Positions 1 to 11,031 are shown, counted from the first letter of the stretch. The stretch: DNA of 64,000 nt from Cyclobacteriaceae bacterium (GCA_029882685.1 JAOUKH010000001.1:3159-67158), one strand, 5' to 3'. A program made the numbers and translations. Notes: a model not told the origin generated them from the sequence alone.

Positions 1-289
1 AGGGGCCCTCCATGCTGTTATAACAAATAGCTACCATGTAGATATACTGGTCATCGTATGTCATTCGAACTTCTGTGCGGGTTATTGATAAACTAGTATC
101 CATAGGGGTTACCATGAAAAAGTCAGAAGTCGCATCTGCATTTTTCCATGCCTGCTCGTCTACAATACCATCAATAGTTACTGGAGATGTGGTTTTGCGA
201 ATATTAAGACGAAAAGATTCATTTTTTTTCTGGGCATTTCCTAATAAAGTGACGAATCCTATTAGTAGTGTTAAAAAATATTTATTCAT
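1..289 (-). CDS. Secreted protein, N-terminal part only (runs off the window start); CBM9-like/DUF5916-type N-terminus
   Basis: Absent from the ORF track because it is open at the window edge. My minus-strand translation from ATG 289-287 reads MNKYFLTLLIGFVTLLGNAQKKNESFRLNIRKTTSPVTIDGIVDEQAWKNADATSDFFMVTPMD...YDDQYIYMVAICYNSMEGP with no stop to position 1. N-terminus is signal-peptide-like. Family call is from memory of the IDG..DE.AW motif. Confidence 0.6.
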   Translation of the reverse strand, partial: MNKYFLTLLIGFVTLLGNAQKKNESFRLNIRKTTSPVTIDGIVDEQAWKNADATSDFFMVTPMDTSLSITRTEVRMTYDDQYIYMVAICYNSMEGP

Positions 290-608
290 TTTATAAATTG
301 GATATCAGATGATAGTATTACAGTGTAAATAAAGATTGCTTGATTTAGAATTGATTTATTTCTTAAACTATAATTAGAAATTGCAGTTTTTATTTTTGAG
401 GAAAAGGAAACGTACTCAAATAGAAAAAAATAAAATTGTAAATGTCACCTCTTAAGGGCGACAAAGATACACTATTTCTTGTCAGATGTGTAATAGAATT
501 AAAAATGCTTTGAAAAAACACCCGCTAATGTAAGATTAGAAGTGTAATTATTAATTACTGCCTTGTTTTCAATGTAAAAAATATAAGAAGAGTAATAGTT
601 GGTGAAAA

Positions 609-646
609 ATAATCGTGCAAACCAGTATATGGTTTGCACGATTATT
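609..646 (-). terminator. Rho-independent terminator downstream of clpX
   Basis: Perfect 16-bp inverted repeat aataatcgtgcaaacc / ggtttgcacgattatt (609-624 / 631-646) with a 6-nt loop. On the minus strand it is followed by a T-run. Confidence 0.8.
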
Positions 647-672
647 ACAAAAGTTAAATATGAATTTAGCTG

Positions 673-1905
673 TTACGCTACTTTAAGCTTACTGTATTTT
701 GAGTTACTAAATTTCTCTTCAGCATAAGCTCTATTGATAACTAGTACTTCTGTATTTTTTTCAGAAGGTAATTCAAACATGGCATCAGTGATTATTGCTT
801 CACAAATGGAACGAAGCCCCCTTGCTCCAAGTTTAAAATCTATAGCTTTTTCAACAATAAAGTCTAAAGCACCATCTTTAATGTCCAATTTAACATCTTC
901 CATTCCAAATAATTTCGAATACTGTTTGGTAAGCGCATTTTTTGGTTTGGTAAGGATGTCTTTAAGCGTTTTTTCATCTAGCGGATTTAAGTGCGTAAGT
1001 ACAGGAAGTCTACCAATAAGCTCAGGGATTAATCCATAACTCTTTAAATCTTGAGCAGTAATATATTGCAATAGATTATCTTTGTCTAACTCTTCCTTAT
1101 TACTAATATCATCTTTACTAGAAAAACCTAATGGTCGTGTATTTAAACGATTAGCTATATGTCTGGAAATACCATCAAAGGCACCACCACAAATAAATAG
1201 TATGTTTTCAGTATCCACAGAAATCATTTTTTGATCGGGATGCTTCCTTCCTCCTTGAGGTGGAACATTTACTGAAGTACCTTCTAAAAGCTTAAGCATT
1301 GCTTGTTGCACACCTTCACCACTTACATCTCGGGTAATAGAAGGGTTATCTGATTTACGTGCAATCTTATCAAGCTCATCAATATATACAATACCTCTTT
1401 GAGCAGCATTTACATCATAATTAGCAGATTGAAGCAATCTTGTTAAGATACTTTCTACATCTTCCCCCACATAACCTGCTTCGGTAAGTACTGTTGCATC
1501 GGCAATACAAAAAGGAACTTGTAATATTTTAGCTAAAGTTCGGGCTAAATATGTTTTTCCTGTACCTGTTTCTCCAACCATAATGATATTCGATTTTTCA
1601 ATTTGAATTTCATCATCATCATTTTTTTGCATCAGTCGTTTATAGTGATTATAAACAGCCACAGAAAGTACTTTTTTAGCTTCGTCTTGTCCAATTACAA
1701 ATTCGTCTAAGAACTTTTTCATATCCTTAGGCTTAATGAGGTTGAATTTAGGAGAAGCTCCATCTTCTTTGGATTTTTTTTCGTCTTCCAAGATTTGATT
1801 GGCTTGTGCTATACATTTGTCGCAAATATGCGCATGTATTCCTGAGATCATTAAATCAACATCTTTTTTATTTCTTCCACAAAACGAGCATGTTACTTCA
1901 GCCAT
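673..1905 (-). CDS. clpX: ATP-dependent Clp protease ATP-binding subunit ClpX
   Basis: N-terminal zinc finger CSFCGR...CDKC, Walker A GETGTGKT, Walker [10 protein letters not shown]. Sits directly downstream of clpP. Confidence 0.97.
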   Translation of the reverse strand: MAEVTCSFCGRNKKDVDLMISGIHAHICDKCIAQANQILEDEKKSKEDGASPKFNLIKPKDMKKFLDEFVIGQDEAKKVLSVAVYNHYKRLMQKNDDDEIQIEKSNIIMVGETGTGKTYLARTLAKILQVPFCIADATVLTEAGYVGEDVESILTRLLQSANYDVNAAQRGIVYIDELDKIARKSDNPSITRDVSGEGVQQAMLKLLEGTSVNVPPQGGRKHPDQKMISVDTENILFICGGAFDGISRHIANRLNTRPLGFSSKDDISNKEELDKDNLLQYITAQDLKSYGLIPELIGRLPVLTHLNPLDEKTLKDILTKPKNALTKQYSKLFGMEDVKLDIKDGALDFIVEKAIDFKLGARGLRSICEAIITDAMFELPSEKNTEVLVINRAYAEEKFSNSKYSKLKVA

Positions 1906-1949
1906 AATTCTTCCTTTTTGTTAAATAAAGGTACACAATTTACCTTATA

Positions 1950-2627
1950 TTATTTTTTTCGTTCTAAAACTTCATCAATAAGACCATATTTTTTAGCCTC
2001 TGCAGCCTTCATCCAGTAATCTCTATCTGAATCTTTTTCTATTTGTTTATACGATTTTCCAGAATGTGATGCTAATATTTCGTACAAATCTTTTCTAAGC
2101 TCTTGCATTTGCTTTAGTGTGATTTCCATATCCCTAGACTGACCTTGCATACCTCCACTAGGTTGATGGATCATAATTCTTGAGTGGGGGAGTGCAGACC
2201 TCTTTTTATCAGCTCCTCCAGCTAGTAATACAGCACCCATTGATGCAGCCATGCCAGTACAAATAGTTGCAACATCTGGATTTACATACTGCATAGTGTC
2301 ATAAATTCCTAGCCCAGCATAAACAGATCCTCCTGGACTATTGATGTAAAGCAATATATCTTTCTTTGGATCTACTGATTCTAAAAACAAAAGCTGTGCA
2401 GTAATAATATTAGAAATATTATCGTCAACCTGCATTCCGAGGAAAATAATTCTATCCATGATCAAACGTGAAAAAACGTCAATCTCACGAAAATTAGTTG
2501 GTCTTTCCTCAATAACTGAGCGAGTCATATTGTCAATGTAATGAGAATAATCGTCAAAAGTGGATCCATTAATTCCTTGACCCTTAACAGCAAACTTTCT
2601 AAACTCATCTTTATTAATCATTGTCAT
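1950..2627 (-). CDS. clpP: ATP-dependent Clp protease proteolytic subunit ClpP
   Basis: ClpP motifs GMAASMGA (Ser) and IMIHQP (His). The ORF track extends to 2687, but ATG at 2627 (MTMINKDEF...) gives a normal ClpP length. Confidence 0.93.
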   Translation of the reverse strand: MTMINKDEFRKFAVKGQGINGSTFDDYSHYIDNMTRSVIEERPTNFREIDVFSRLIMDRIIFLGMQVDDNISNIITAQLLFLESVDPKKDILLYINSPGGSVYAGLGIYDTMQYVNPDVATICTGMAASMGAVLLAGGADKKRSALPHSRIMIHQPSGGMQGQSRDMEITLKQMQELRKDLYEILASHSGKSYKQIEKDSDRDYWMKAAEAKKYGLIDEVLERKK

Positions 2628-2691
2628 AATTTTATATCTAAATGTTAGCTTATCAATATTAAAAAGAAAAGGCGAATTTGTAAACAAATGT

Positions 2692-2722
2692 CATAAAAAA
2701 GCCCTGACAAATGGTCAAGGCT
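2692..2722 (-). terminator. Terminator between tig and clpP
   Basis: On the minus strand, agccttgac-cattt-gtcagggct (9-bp stem, one mismatch) is followed by tttttt. Confidence 0.65.
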
Positions 2723-2747
2723 AATTTTAAACCATATTAATTTCAAA

Positions 2748-4082
2748 TTAGTTCAAAACAATTTTTTGAAATTCATCAACGCTTACTTTTTTGTCGTTTA
2801 ACGTGATGTTTTCTTTTATATAATTGGTAATTTTTTCGGAGTGAACTTGTTGAAAAACTTGCATGTAGTTATCACCGTTATTCCCTTTTAAATAATTATC
2901 AGCAAATTCGTCCATTTTGTCTGCCATTTGTTCAGCCATAGCTGCACCACCAAACTGCTCCATAATCATCGACTTTGCTTTATCCACCACTTCCTGATTA
3001 TCAACTTTTAGCTCATTATCTTCAGCTATCTTGTTCTTTATTAAGTCCCATTTAAGGCTTTTAACAGTAGCATCAAACTCTTTGTCAACATCTTCGGCTG
3101 TTAATTTTCCTTCATTGGTTACTAATAGCCATTTTTTAAGGAAAGCACTAGGCACTTCTATTTTTGTTTTATCAACAAAATGATCCTTAATTGAGTTTTC
3201 CAGATAAAAATCAGTTTCTCGAGAGTAATTTCCACTAACTGTGTCCTTTATTTTTTCAATAAATTCATCTTCAGACTTAACAGCGTCTTTTCCAAACACT
3301 TTATCGAATAGTTCCTGATTTATTTCAGATGGTTCAACTCTATTAATATTCTTAACTGTAAAGGTGAATTTACCCTTTAATGATTTAGCTTCTTCTTCTG
3401 AGATATTTAAAAGTGAAACAATGATAGAGGCATCTTTAAATATTTTATTAATCTCGAATTCTATGACGTCATCCTTTTTTACACCAATGAAATTTTTCTG
3501 TGCCTTCTTTTCTACAGTACTAATTTCTACAAGTGTATCGTTAGATATTTCGCCTTCTAATTGAGTAAAAGTTCCAAAAAGAGAATCTTCATCTTCACTA
3601 ACTTCGGGGTTAATGGACTTACCAAATTGTTTTTTGAGGTTAGTTACAGTTTCTTCAACTGTTTTTTTATCCACCTCAATAGTATATTTTTTTACTTTTT
3701 GTTTTTTTGATAAGTCGTACTTGAATTCATCAATTAACCCTATTTCAAAATCGAACTCAAACTCAGTTTGTGTATCCCAATCAATTTTTTCTGCATTTTC
3801 ATGATTCGGTAAAGGCTGCCCAATGATGTTAAGGTTATTTTCTTTTACATAATCATTCACAGAGTGTGAAAGAATATGATTAACCTCTTCAACCAATATA
3901 GATGAGCCATACATTTTCTTAATCAATCCAATTGGCACTTTACCAGGTCTAAAACCTTTTATATTTGCCTTTTTTGCATAATCCTTAACTTTTTCTTCAA
4001 CTTTATGTTGATAATCTTTCTGGATTAATTTAATTTTAATAGAGGCTTCAGTAGCGTTTTTTTTCTCTAATTTGATGTCCAA
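2748..4082 (-). CDS. tig: Trigger factor
   Basis: N-terminal ribosome-binding motif GFRPGKVP, length 444 aa, classical tig-clpP-clpX order. The start codon at 4082 is TTG; an in-frame stop lies just upstream and there is no nearby ATG. Confidence 0.93.
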   Translation of the reverse strand: MDIKLEKKNATEASIKIKLIQKDYQHKVEEKVKDYAKKANIKGFRPGKVPIGLIKKMYGSSILVEEVNHILSHSVNDYVKENNLNIIGQPLPNHENAEKIDWDTQTEFEFDFEIGLIDEFKYDLSKKQKVKKYTIEVDKKTVEETVTNLKKQFGKSINPEVSEDEDSLFGTFTQLEGEISNDTLVEISTVEKKAQKNFIGVKKDDVIEFEINKIFKDASIIVSLLNISEEEAKSLKGKFTFTVKNINRVEPSEINQELFDKVFGKDAVKSEDEFIEKIKDTVSGNYSRETDFYLENSIKDHFVDKTKIEVPSAFLKKWLLVTNEGKLTAEDVDKEFDATVKSLKWDLIKNKIAEDNELKVDNQEVVDKAKSMIMEQFGGAAMAEQMADKMDEFADNYLKGNNGDNYMQVFQQVHSEKITNYIKENITLNDKKVSVDEFQKIVLN

Positions 4083-4116
4083 AGCAGTAAAGTTTAATTA
4101 TAATGAAAATTAAAAA

Positions 4117-4153
4117 ACCCCCAAATGCAGTTAAAAAAAATGCAATCGGGGGT
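4117..4153 (-). terminator. Terminator downstream of tRNA-Leu
   Basis: On the minus strand, acccccgattgca...tgcatttgggggt hairpin (outer stem accccc/gggggt) is followed by tttttaatttt. Confidence 0.6.
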
Positions 4154-4165
4154 ATTTATTTTGTG

Positions 4166-4247
4166 TGCGGATGGAGGGACTCGAACCCCCATGCCGTGAG
4201 GCGCTAGATCCTAAGTCTAGTGCGTCTACCAATTTCGCCACATCCGC
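4166..4247 (-). tRNA. tRNA-Leu (anticodon TAG)
   Basis: Reverse complement reads GCGGATGTGGCGAAATTGGTAGACGCACTAGACTTAGGATCTAGCGCCTCACGGCATGGGGGTTCGAGTCCCTCCATCCGCA. Acceptor stem is GCGGATG/CATCCGC. Anticodon stem CTAGA/TCTAG carries loop CTTAGGA. There is a long variable arm and a TTCGAGT T-loop. CCA is not encoded. Confidence 0.93.
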
Positions 4248-4346
4248 ATTTCTTAATTTCGGAGTGCAAATATAGTAAATGAAAAATTATTCTTCAATAC
4301 TAAATGATAAAAATTATTTTTACCAGTTGAAACATTAAACACACAC

Positions 4347-6557
4347 ATGATAGCAATCGATTTAGAAGAAGAAAGGAAAGAAATTGTCAGAAGATATAGA
4401 AGGTTATTGCGTAAGTCGAAGCCATTTTTAAAGTCAGGAGATGCAAAAATCATCAAAAAAGCATTTCACCTCGCTGCTGATGCACATAAAGATGTTCGTA
4501 GAAAATCTGGTGAGCCATATATTTACCACCCATTAGAAGTAGCGCAAATATGTGTAGAAGAAATTGGCCTAGGAACAACGTCAATTGTATCGGCTCTTTT
4601 GCATGATGTAGTGGAAGATACTGAGTGTACTATTGAAGAAATTGAGCAGGAGTTCGGTCATAAAGTAGCCACTATTATTGATGGGCTTACTAAAATAGCA
4701 GGAACATTCGAGTATGGGTCGTCTCAACAAGCGGAAAACTTCCGCAAAATGTTGCTAACTATTTCTCAAGATTTAAGAGTAATTCTGATCAAGCTGGCCG
4801 ATCGACTGCACAATATGCGGACACTTGATAGTATGCCACGCAACAAACAACTTAAAATAGCTTCTGAAACCATTTATATATATGCACCCCTGGCACACCG
4901 CCTTGGACTATATACGATAAAAAGCGAACTGGAAGATTTATATTTAAGATATTCTGAACGAGATGCTTTTAAGGAAATATCTAATAAAATTAGCGAGACA
5001 AGTGCTAGTCGTACAAAGTTCATTAACAAGTTCATAAAACCTATTAAAGATGAACTAACAAAACAGGGTTTTAAATTCTCTATAAAAGGAAGACCCAAGT
5101 CTATTCATTCAATTTGGAATAAAATGCGTGCGCAGGATGTTCCATTTGAAGAAGTATATGATTTATTTGCTATAAGAATCATATTAGAAACTACTACAGA
5201 GAGGGAAAAATCAGATTGTTGGCAGATATATTCTATTGTTACTGATTTTTATCAACCTAATCCTGATAGGTTGAGAGATTGGATAAGTACCTCTAAATCT
5301 AATGGATATGAATCATTGCATACTACCGTGATGAGTAGGTCTGGTCAATGGGTAGAAGTGCAAATTAGATCTAAAAGAATGGATGACATTGCTGAAAAAG
5401 GTTATGCTGCACATTGGAAGTACAAGGAAAGTGGAAAATCAGAAGAATCCGCATTAGAGCAATGGATAGGTAAAGTAAGAGATATGTTGGGGCAAATTGA
5501 TTGTACTGCACTAGAATTTGTGGACGAATTCCGTTCTAACTTATTCCATACAGAAGTTTTCGTATTTACACCAAAAGGAGACTTGAGAATACTTCCCCAT
5601 GATGCTTCGGCACTTGATTTTGCATTTGATATTCATTCTGAAATAGGTGTGAAATGTATTGGAGCGAAAGTGAATCAGAAAATTGTTCCTATTAATTATA
5701 AATTGAATAATGGGGATCAGGTAGAGATTCTTACTTCAAATAAACAGAAAGCAAATGAAGATTGGCTGCGTTTTGTTGTGACTTCTAAGGCTAAGTCGAG
5801 AATAAAGGACGAACTAAAATCCGATAAAAAACATATTGCAGAAGAAGGGAAAGAAACTCTTTTGAGAAAGATGAAGAATCTCAAAATTGAATCTAACAAT
5901 GAAACATATGAAAGAATGAGAAGATTCTTACGTGTTGATACACAGTTTGATCTTTATTATAAAATAGGCATACAAGGTATCACCAATCAAATTCTTCGTG
6001 ATTTTAAAGAAGAAAAAAGTACTCGTCTAAGCAAGAGGGGTAAAATGTTAGGTGCATTAGATGCTAAAACTTTTGAGAAAAAATTAAAAAAAGCGAAAGG
6101 TGATGGTAATGATATGTTGCTAATAGGAGAAGATATGGATATAGTGGATTATGCCTTGTCTGTTTGTTGTAATCCTATACCTGGTGATGATGTTTTTGGT
6201 TTTGTGACAGTTAGCGAAGGAATAAAAGTGCATAGAACATCATGTCCTAATGCTACTGAACTAATGTCAAATCATGGACATAGAATGATAAAAGCGAAGT
6301 GGACCTCTCAACAAGAGCTTTCATTTGCAACAGGTTTGAAAATTACAGGTACTGACAGGGTGGGTTTAATTAACGATGTTACAGGTATAATTTCTCGTGA
6401 ACTAAAAGTAAATATGAGATCATTAGCTATTGATACCGATCATGGGATTTTTGAAGGTACAATAAAACTGTATGTAAACGACACAAGGCATTTAGACAAG
6501 CTCATTACAAAACTTGAAGGGGTTGATGGGGTTGAAAAAGTAAATCGTTTCGATTAA
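4347..6557 (+). CDS. relA: Bifunctional (p)ppGpp synthetase/hydrolase, RelA/SpoT (Rsh) family
   Basis: HD hydrolase motif HDVVEDT, a synthetase region ([19 protein letters not shown]), and TGS and C-terminal ACT-like regions. 736 aa. Confidence 0.95.
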   Translation: MIAIDLEEERKEIVRRYRRLLRKSKPFLKSGDAKIIKKAFHLAADAHKDVRRKSGEPYIYHPLEVAQICVEEIGLGTTSIVSALLHDVVEDTECTIEEIEQEFGHKVATIIDGLTKIAGTFEYGSSQQAENFRKMLLTISQDLRVILIKLADRLHNMRTLDSMPRNKQLKIASETIYIYAPLAHRLGLYTIKSELEDLYLRYSERDAFKEISNKISETSASRTKFINKFIKPIKDELTKQGFKFSIKGRPKSIHSIWNKMRAQDVPFEEVYDLFAIRIILETTTEREKSDCWQIYSIVTDFYQPNPDRLRDWISTSKSNGYESLHTTVMSRSGQWVEVQIRSKRMDDIAEKGYAAHWKYKESGKSEESALEQWIGKVRDMLGQIDCTALEFVDEFRSNLFHTEVFVFTPKGDLRILPHDASALDFAFDIHSEIGVKCIGAKVNQKIVPINYKLNNGDQVEILTSNKQKANEDWLRFVVTSKAKSRIKDELKSDKKHIAEEGKETLLRKMKNLKIESNNETYERMRRFLRVDTQFDLYYKIGIQGITNQILRDFKEEKSTRLSKRGKMLGALDAKTFEKKLKKAKGDGNDMLLIGEDMDIVDYALSVCCNPIPGDDVFGFVTVSEGIKVHRTSCPNATELMSNHGHRMIKAKWTSQQELSFATGLKITGTDRVGLINDVTGIISRELKVNMRSLAIDTDHGIFEGTIKLYVNDTRHLDKLITKLEGVDGVEKVNRFD

Positions 6558-6593
6558 AATTAAATAATCACGTTAGTATATTTTATATAGTTC

Positions 6594-6601
6594 TATATTT
6601 G
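6594..6601 (+). promoter_or_regulatory. Bacteroidota -7 promoter box (TAnnTTTG) for fur
   Basis: tatatttg at 6594-6601 matches TAnnTTTG, 25 nt upstream of ATG 6626. It lies inside the TTG-extended ORF of the track, which argues for the ATG start. Confidence 0.45.
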
Positions 6602-6625
6602 CAAAAGAATAAATTAGGTTTATTT

Positions 6626-7081
6626 ATGGTGCTTAATGAGCAGGTTTTTGGGGAAGTAAAAGAAATATTTACATCGTATCTCGAAAATAAAAATCTTAGA
6701 AAAACTCCAGAACGATATGCTATCCTTGAAGAAATATATTCAAGAACTGGACATTTTGATGTAGAGTCGCTCTATATTTCCATGAAAAACAAGAACTATA
6801 TGGTAAGCCGAGCTACCGTATATAACACACTTGATCTACTAGTAGAGTGTGATCTTGTTTGTAAGCATCAGTTTGGAAAAAACTTAGCACAGTATGAGAA
6901 ATCATATGGTTATAAGCAGCATGATCATATACTAATGACTGATAATGGGAAAGTGATAGAGTTTTGTGATCCTAGGATTCAAAATATAAAAAACACATTG
7001 GAAGAAATGTTTGGTATAGATATCATGCATCATACCTTGTACTTTTTTGCTAAAGAAAAAGGAAAAAAACAAAAAGACTGA
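6626..7081 (+). CDS. fur: Fur family transcriptional regulator
   Basis: Winged-helix region [23 protein letters not shown]...[12 protein letters not shown] is typical of Fur/Zur/PerR. The track start at 6599 is TTG; ATG at 6626 is preferred. Confidence 0.85.
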   Translation: MVLNEQVFGEVKEIFTSYLENKNLRKTPERYAILEEIYSRTGHFDVESLYISMKNKNYMVSRATVYNTLDLLVECDLVCKHQFGKNLAQYEKSYGYKQHDHILMTDNGKVIEFCDPRIQNIKNTLEEMFGIDIMHHTLYFFAKEKGKKQKD

Positions 7082-7085
7082 CCTC

Positions 7086-7433
7086 ATGACTTATACAAGT
7101 GAAATTAAGGAAGGAATTTTAGTCGTGAATCTCACTGGGGATTTAATAGGTGAAGATAACGGGTTTACATTGTTAGAATTAGTTAATGATACAATTTCGA
7201 ACAAAATAATTAAATGTGTAATTAACATTTCTGACCTGAGATATATAAATAGTAGTGGAATAGGTGTATTGATCACAGTGCTAACTAAGTTTCGAAATAA
7301 AGGGGGAGAAGTTTATCTGGTAAAACCCTCGGAGAGTGTTAAGAAGCTTCTAATTATCACGAAACTAAATGCTATTTTTAATGTGTCTGAAAAGATAGAA
7401 GAAGCAATTTTAAAATTAAAAGAAGTAAGTTAA
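7086..7433 (+). CDS. STAS-domain protein (anti-sigma-factor antagonist family)
   Basis: SpoIIAA-like pattern: LTGDL...LRYINSSGIGVLI...GGEVYLV...KLLIITKL. ATG at 7086 is preferred over the track start at 7047. The stop overlaps the purA ATG by 1 nt (TAATG). Confidence 0.75.
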   Translation: MTYTSEIKEGILVVNLTGDLIGEDNGFTLLELVNDTISNKIIKCVINISDLRYINSSGIGVLITVLTKFRNKGGEVYLVKPSESVKKLLIITKLNAIFNVSEKIEEAILKLKEVS

Positions 7434-8713
7434 TGAAGGTAGATGTTTTATTGGGTCTTCAATGGGGAGATGAAGGAAAAGGGAAAGTAGTAGATTTTTT
7501 AGCTCCTAAGTATAATGTAGTAGCTCGTTTTCAAGGAGGTCCAAATGCTGGACATACCTTGGAGTTTGATGGGATAAAACATGTGCTTCATCAAATACCT
7601 TCAGGAATATTTAGACCAGATATTAAGAATGTGATTGGGAATGGTGTGGTACTTGATCCAGTAATTTTCAAAAAAGAAATTGATGCATTAGATCAGTATA
7701 ACACTAGTGTAGAAGCAAACCTGTACATATCTAAAAAAACTCAATTAATATTACCTTCACATCGATTGCTAGATGGGGCATATGAAAAAGCAAAAGGAGA
7801 TAAAAAAATTGGATCTACATTAAAAGGAATAGGCCCTACATATCAGGATAAAATAGCACGAGTAGGTTTGAGAGTAGGTGATATTTTGAGTGATAATTTC
7901 CAAGAGAAGTATGATAAGTTAAAATCGAAACATATAGAAATTTTAAGTTACTACGATTTTGAATATGATATTACGGAATATGAATCTCAATTTTTTGAAG
8001 CTATTGAGTTCCTAAAAAAGTTTAACCTAGTAGATAGTGAATACCTTATTAATAATGAATTAAAATCAAATGCATCAATACTTGCTGAAGGAGCTCAAGG
8101 ATCATTACTAGATATAGATTTCGGTAGTTATCCTTTTGTAACAAGCTCTAATACCATGTCGGCAGGAGCCTGTACTGGTTTAGGAATTGCTCCAAATAAT
8201 ATTGGAGAGGTTTTTGGAATTTTCAAAGCGTATTGTACACGGGTTGGGAGCGGTCCTTTTCCTACTGAATTATTTGATGAAGTAGGGGAGAGAATTCAAA
8301 AAGAAGGCCATGAATTTGGAGCTACTACAGGGCGACCAAGGAGATGTGGTTGGGTAGACCTTCCTGCACTGAAGTATGCAATTATGCTTAATGGAGTTAC
8401 TCAGTTATTTATGATGAAGGCTGATGTTCTAAATGCATTTGAAGAGATTAAAGTTTGCACTCATTATAAATTAAGTGATGGTACGATTACTAATGAGCTT
8501 CCATATAATTTAGTTGATGAAAAAGTAGAACCTGTTTATAAACCTTTTAAAGGTTGGAATCAGTCGTTAGAACATGTTAGTGAGTACGATCAATTTCCAA
8601 AAGAACTTGATGAGTATGTTAAGTTTCTGGAAACTGAATTACAAACACCAATTAGCATTATATCTATTGGTCCTGATCGTACTGAAACAATTATTCGAGA
8701 TATGAGTTCTTAA
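7433..8713 (+). CDS. purA: Adenylosuccinate synthase
   Basis: P-loop QWGDEGKGK, GIGPTY, TTGRPRRCGW motifs. 426 aa. Confidence 0.97.
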   Translation: MKVDVLLGLQWGDEGKGKVVDFLAPKYNVVARFQGGPNAGHTLEFDGIKHVLHQIPSGIFRPDIKNVIGNGVVLDPVIFKKEIDALDQYNTSVEANLYISKKTQLILPSHRLLDGAYEKAKGDKKIGSTLKGIGPTYQDKIARVGLRVGDILSDNFQEKYDKLKSKHIEILSYYDFEYDITEYESQFFEAIEFLKKFNLVDSEYLINNELKSNASILAEGAQGSLLDIDFGSYPFVTSSNTMSAGACTGLGIAPNNIGEVFGIFKAYCTRVGSGPFPTELFDEVGERIQKEGHEFGATTGRPRRCGWVDLPALKYAIMLNGVTQLFMMKADVLNAFEEIKVCTHYKLSDGTITNELPYNLVDEKVEPVYKPFKGWNQSLEHVSEYDQFPKELDEYVKFLETELQTPISIISIGPDRTETIIRDMSS

Positions 8714-8721
8714 AAAATTAG

Positions 8722-8760
8722 TAATAAGCTTTAAGTTACAGAGTGACTTAAAGCTTATTA
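8722..8760. terminator. Bidirectional terminator hairpin between purA and the DUF423 gene
   Basis: Perfect 15-bp inverted repeat taataagctttaagt / acttaaagcttatta between convergent genes. Confidence 0.7.
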
Positions 8761-8770
8761 AGGGGAAAAG

Positions 8771-9151
8771 TTAATTTTGCGTTTTCAAAACTCCCATCAA
8801 TAAAAACAGCCATCCTAAAATAAAAAATATCCCCCCGATTGGGGTGATAGCTCCTAGCCATCTTACGCCTGACAAACATAATGCATATAGTGAACCTGAG
8901 AAAAACAGAATTCCAGCGATCATCATGTAAGAAGAGTAGTTAAGCCAGCTACTTTGTGTTTTATAGAGTAATAAACCAATAGCCAAAAGCGCAAAAGTAT
9001 GATAAAAGTGATATTGTACGGCAGTTTGGTAGGTGCTTAAACGCTCTGTAGCTTCTAGTTTAGCTTTTAGTGCATGTGCCCCAAAAGCACCTAGTCCTAC
9101 AGCAAGTGCTCCAGATATTGCAGCAATGGATAATATGAGTTTTTGTGTCAT
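8771..9151 (-). CDS. DUF423 (YgdD/TMEM256-like) membrane protein
   Basis: Four predicted TM helices and the GAFGAH motif typical of DUF423. 126 aa. Confidence 0.8.
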   Translation of the reverse strand: MTQKLILSIAAISGALAVGLGAFGAHALKAKLEATERLSTYQTAVQYHFYHTFALLAIGLLLYKTQSSWLNYSSYMMIAGILFFSGSLYALCLSGVRWLGAITPIGGIFFILGWLFLLMGVLKTQN

Positions 9152-9153
9152 TT

Positions 9154-10329
9154 TTATATTTGTTCAATAATTTCAGATACTTTGTCCATTTCTTCTTTGG
9201 TATTAAAATAATGAGGAGATAAACGCACTACCCAATCTATTCCTTTTTTGTTAAAATCTATTAAGCCCCATTCAGTTTGACTTATACTAAAGTAAACATT
9301 ATTTTCCTCTAGATTTTTTGTAATTTTCTCTAATGATTTCCCTTCTTTTCTAAAAGTTAATATGCTACCTGTTGTTGATCCTTTGTCATATAAATTCACA
9401 CCAGAAATTTCAGATAGGTTTTTTCGTAGATGCATCATCAACTTTTTATTGTAGTCTTGAATGTGTTCTAGCCCAACAAGGTTGGCGTAATTTATTGCTT
9501 CTTTCAACCCCATAACCAAAGCGAAAGGTGTTTCCCAAGTTTCGAATCGTTTCGCTGTTTTTAACATTTCGAAATGATCTACTCCTTTCCATACCGCCCC
9601 ACCCCCATCTATCATTAAAGGAGAAAAATCTTCTTCAAGTAGTCTGTCCGATACAAACAAAAACCCCGTCCCTCTTGGTCCGCGCAAGAATTTTCTTCCG
9701 GTTGTTGTTAGAAAATCGCATTTGATTTTATTTATGTTGATGTTTAATTGCCCCACGGACTGACAAGCATCTAATAGGAATATTATTTGCTTCTGATGAC
9801 AAATTTCTCCTATTGCTTCTATATTTTGAATCAAGCCAGAGTTTGTAGGAATGTGGGTAACAGCAACTAGTTTAGGAGTATGCTTCTCCACTAACTTTTG
9901 AAAATCCTCAATATCAAGATCACCATTTTCCAGATTCTTAATTCTGATAATTTTGATGTCAAATCGTTTTCGTAAGGATATAAATTGAATATGGTTAGAC
10001 GAATAATCATCATCAGTAGTTATGATGACATCATTTTTCTTAAAGTGGATAGAGGACAGTGCTTTTATATAAGCATCGGTAGCACTATTAGTAAAGGCAA
10101 TATTACGAGGAGAGCAGTTTATTAGTTTAGCCGCTTGTTTATAAAAATCATCCAATTCATTTGCATTTACATCAGCGACCTTATAACCGCCAAATTTTTC
10201 TTCCTCGTGCAAATAATAATTGATTTTTTGGACTACTGACGATGGCATCATAGAAGACCCCGCACTATTTAAAAACACCTTGTTGCCATAGTGTGGAATG
10301 TCTTTTCTAATTTGTGTAATATCTACCAT
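9154..10329 (-). CDS. Aminotransferase class V-fold PLP-dependent enzyme (cysteine desulfurase-like)
   Basis: DACQSVG and TGRKFLRGPRGTGFL resemble the SGHK..GP.G.G PLP-lysine region of class V enzymes. Confidence 0.75.
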   Translation of the reverse strand: MVDITQIRKDIPHYGNKVFLNSAGSSMMPSSVVQKINYYLHEEEKFGGYKVADVNANELDDFYKQAAKLINCSPRNIAFTNSATDAYIKALSSIHFKKNDVIITTDDDYSSNHIQFISLRKRFDIKIIRIKNLENGDLDIEDFQKLVEKHTPKLVAVTHIPTNSGLIQNIEAIGEICHQKQIIFLLDACQSVGQLNININKIKCDFLTTTGRKFLRGPRGTGFLFVSDRLLEEDFSPLMIDGGGAVWKGVDHFEMLKTAKRFETWETPFALVMGLKEAINYANLVGLEHIQDYNKKLMMHLRKNLSEISGVNLYDKGSTTGSILTFRKEGKSLEKITKNLEENNVYFSISQTEWGLIDFNKKGIDWVVRLSPHYFNTKEEMDKVSEIIEQI

Positions 10330-11031
10330 TTAAGTAGTATAATTTCTTTCACCAAAAATGGCACTACCTACACGAATTAAAGTACTCCCTTCTTCTATAG
10401 CAATTTGGTAATCACCACTCATGCCCATGGATAATTCTTGCATTATTACATTAGTTGGTAAATCAGATGCAGCTAATTTATCGAATAACTGTTTTAAACT
10501 TCTGAATTCTAATCGTATTTTGTCCAAATTAGAGGTGTTGGTAGCCATTCCCATTAAGCCAACTATTTTTATGTTTTCAAGTATTTTTAATTCCTCACTT
10601 TGTATCAATGGTTGTAATTCCTCTGGACTTAGTCCGAATTTTGTTTCCTCATCAGCAATATAAATTTGCAATAAGCAATTGATGGTTCTGCTTTGTTTTA
10701 AAGCTTGTTTATTTATCTCTTTCAATAATTTTAAACTGTCAACTGCATGAATGAGCGATACAAAAGGTGCAATATATTTTACTTTATTGCTTTGTAAATG
10801 ACCAATCATATGCCACTCAATGTCCTTTGGTAAATTCTCGTGTTTCCGAGCTAGTTCCTGAGCTTTGTTTTCACCAAATACACGTACACCCAAGTCATAA
10901 GCCTCCTGAATCAATGCTTCGGGCTTAGTTTTGCTTACTGCTACTAACTTTGCGTTGGTTTCAGAGACGATTTCGTTGAAATTATTGATGTTATTTTCGA
11001 GTGACATTGTGACGTTATTATTTAAACTCAA
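10330..11031 (-). CDS. yggS: YggS family pyridoxal phosphate homeostasis protein
   Basis: KLVAVSKTKP (PLP Lys), FGENKAQE, HMIGHLQSNKVK, LSMGMSGDY...IRVGSAIFG. Confidence 0.9.
   Translation of the reverse strand: MSLNNNVTMSLENNINNFNEIVSETNAKLVAVSKTKPEALIQEAYDLGVRVFGENKAQELARKHENLPKDIEWHMIGHLQSNKVKYIAPFVSLIHAVDSLKLLKEINKQALKQSRTINCLLQIYIADEETKFGLSPEELQPLIQSEELKILENIKIVGLMGMATNTSNLDKIRLEFRSLKQLFDKLAASDLPTNVIMQELSMGMSGDYQIAIEEGSTLIRVGSAIFGERNYTT

Noticed and set aside
75-296. 73-aa plus-strand ORF at the window start
   Set aside because: It is antisense to an open, signal-peptide-bearing minus-strand reading frame (1-289) that makes much better biological sense.
4253-4456. 67-aa minus-strand ORF next to tRNA-Leu that overlaps the relA start
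   Set aside because: It overlaps the well-supported relA/spoT 5-prime end and promoter region and has a hydrophobic, low-complexity translation.
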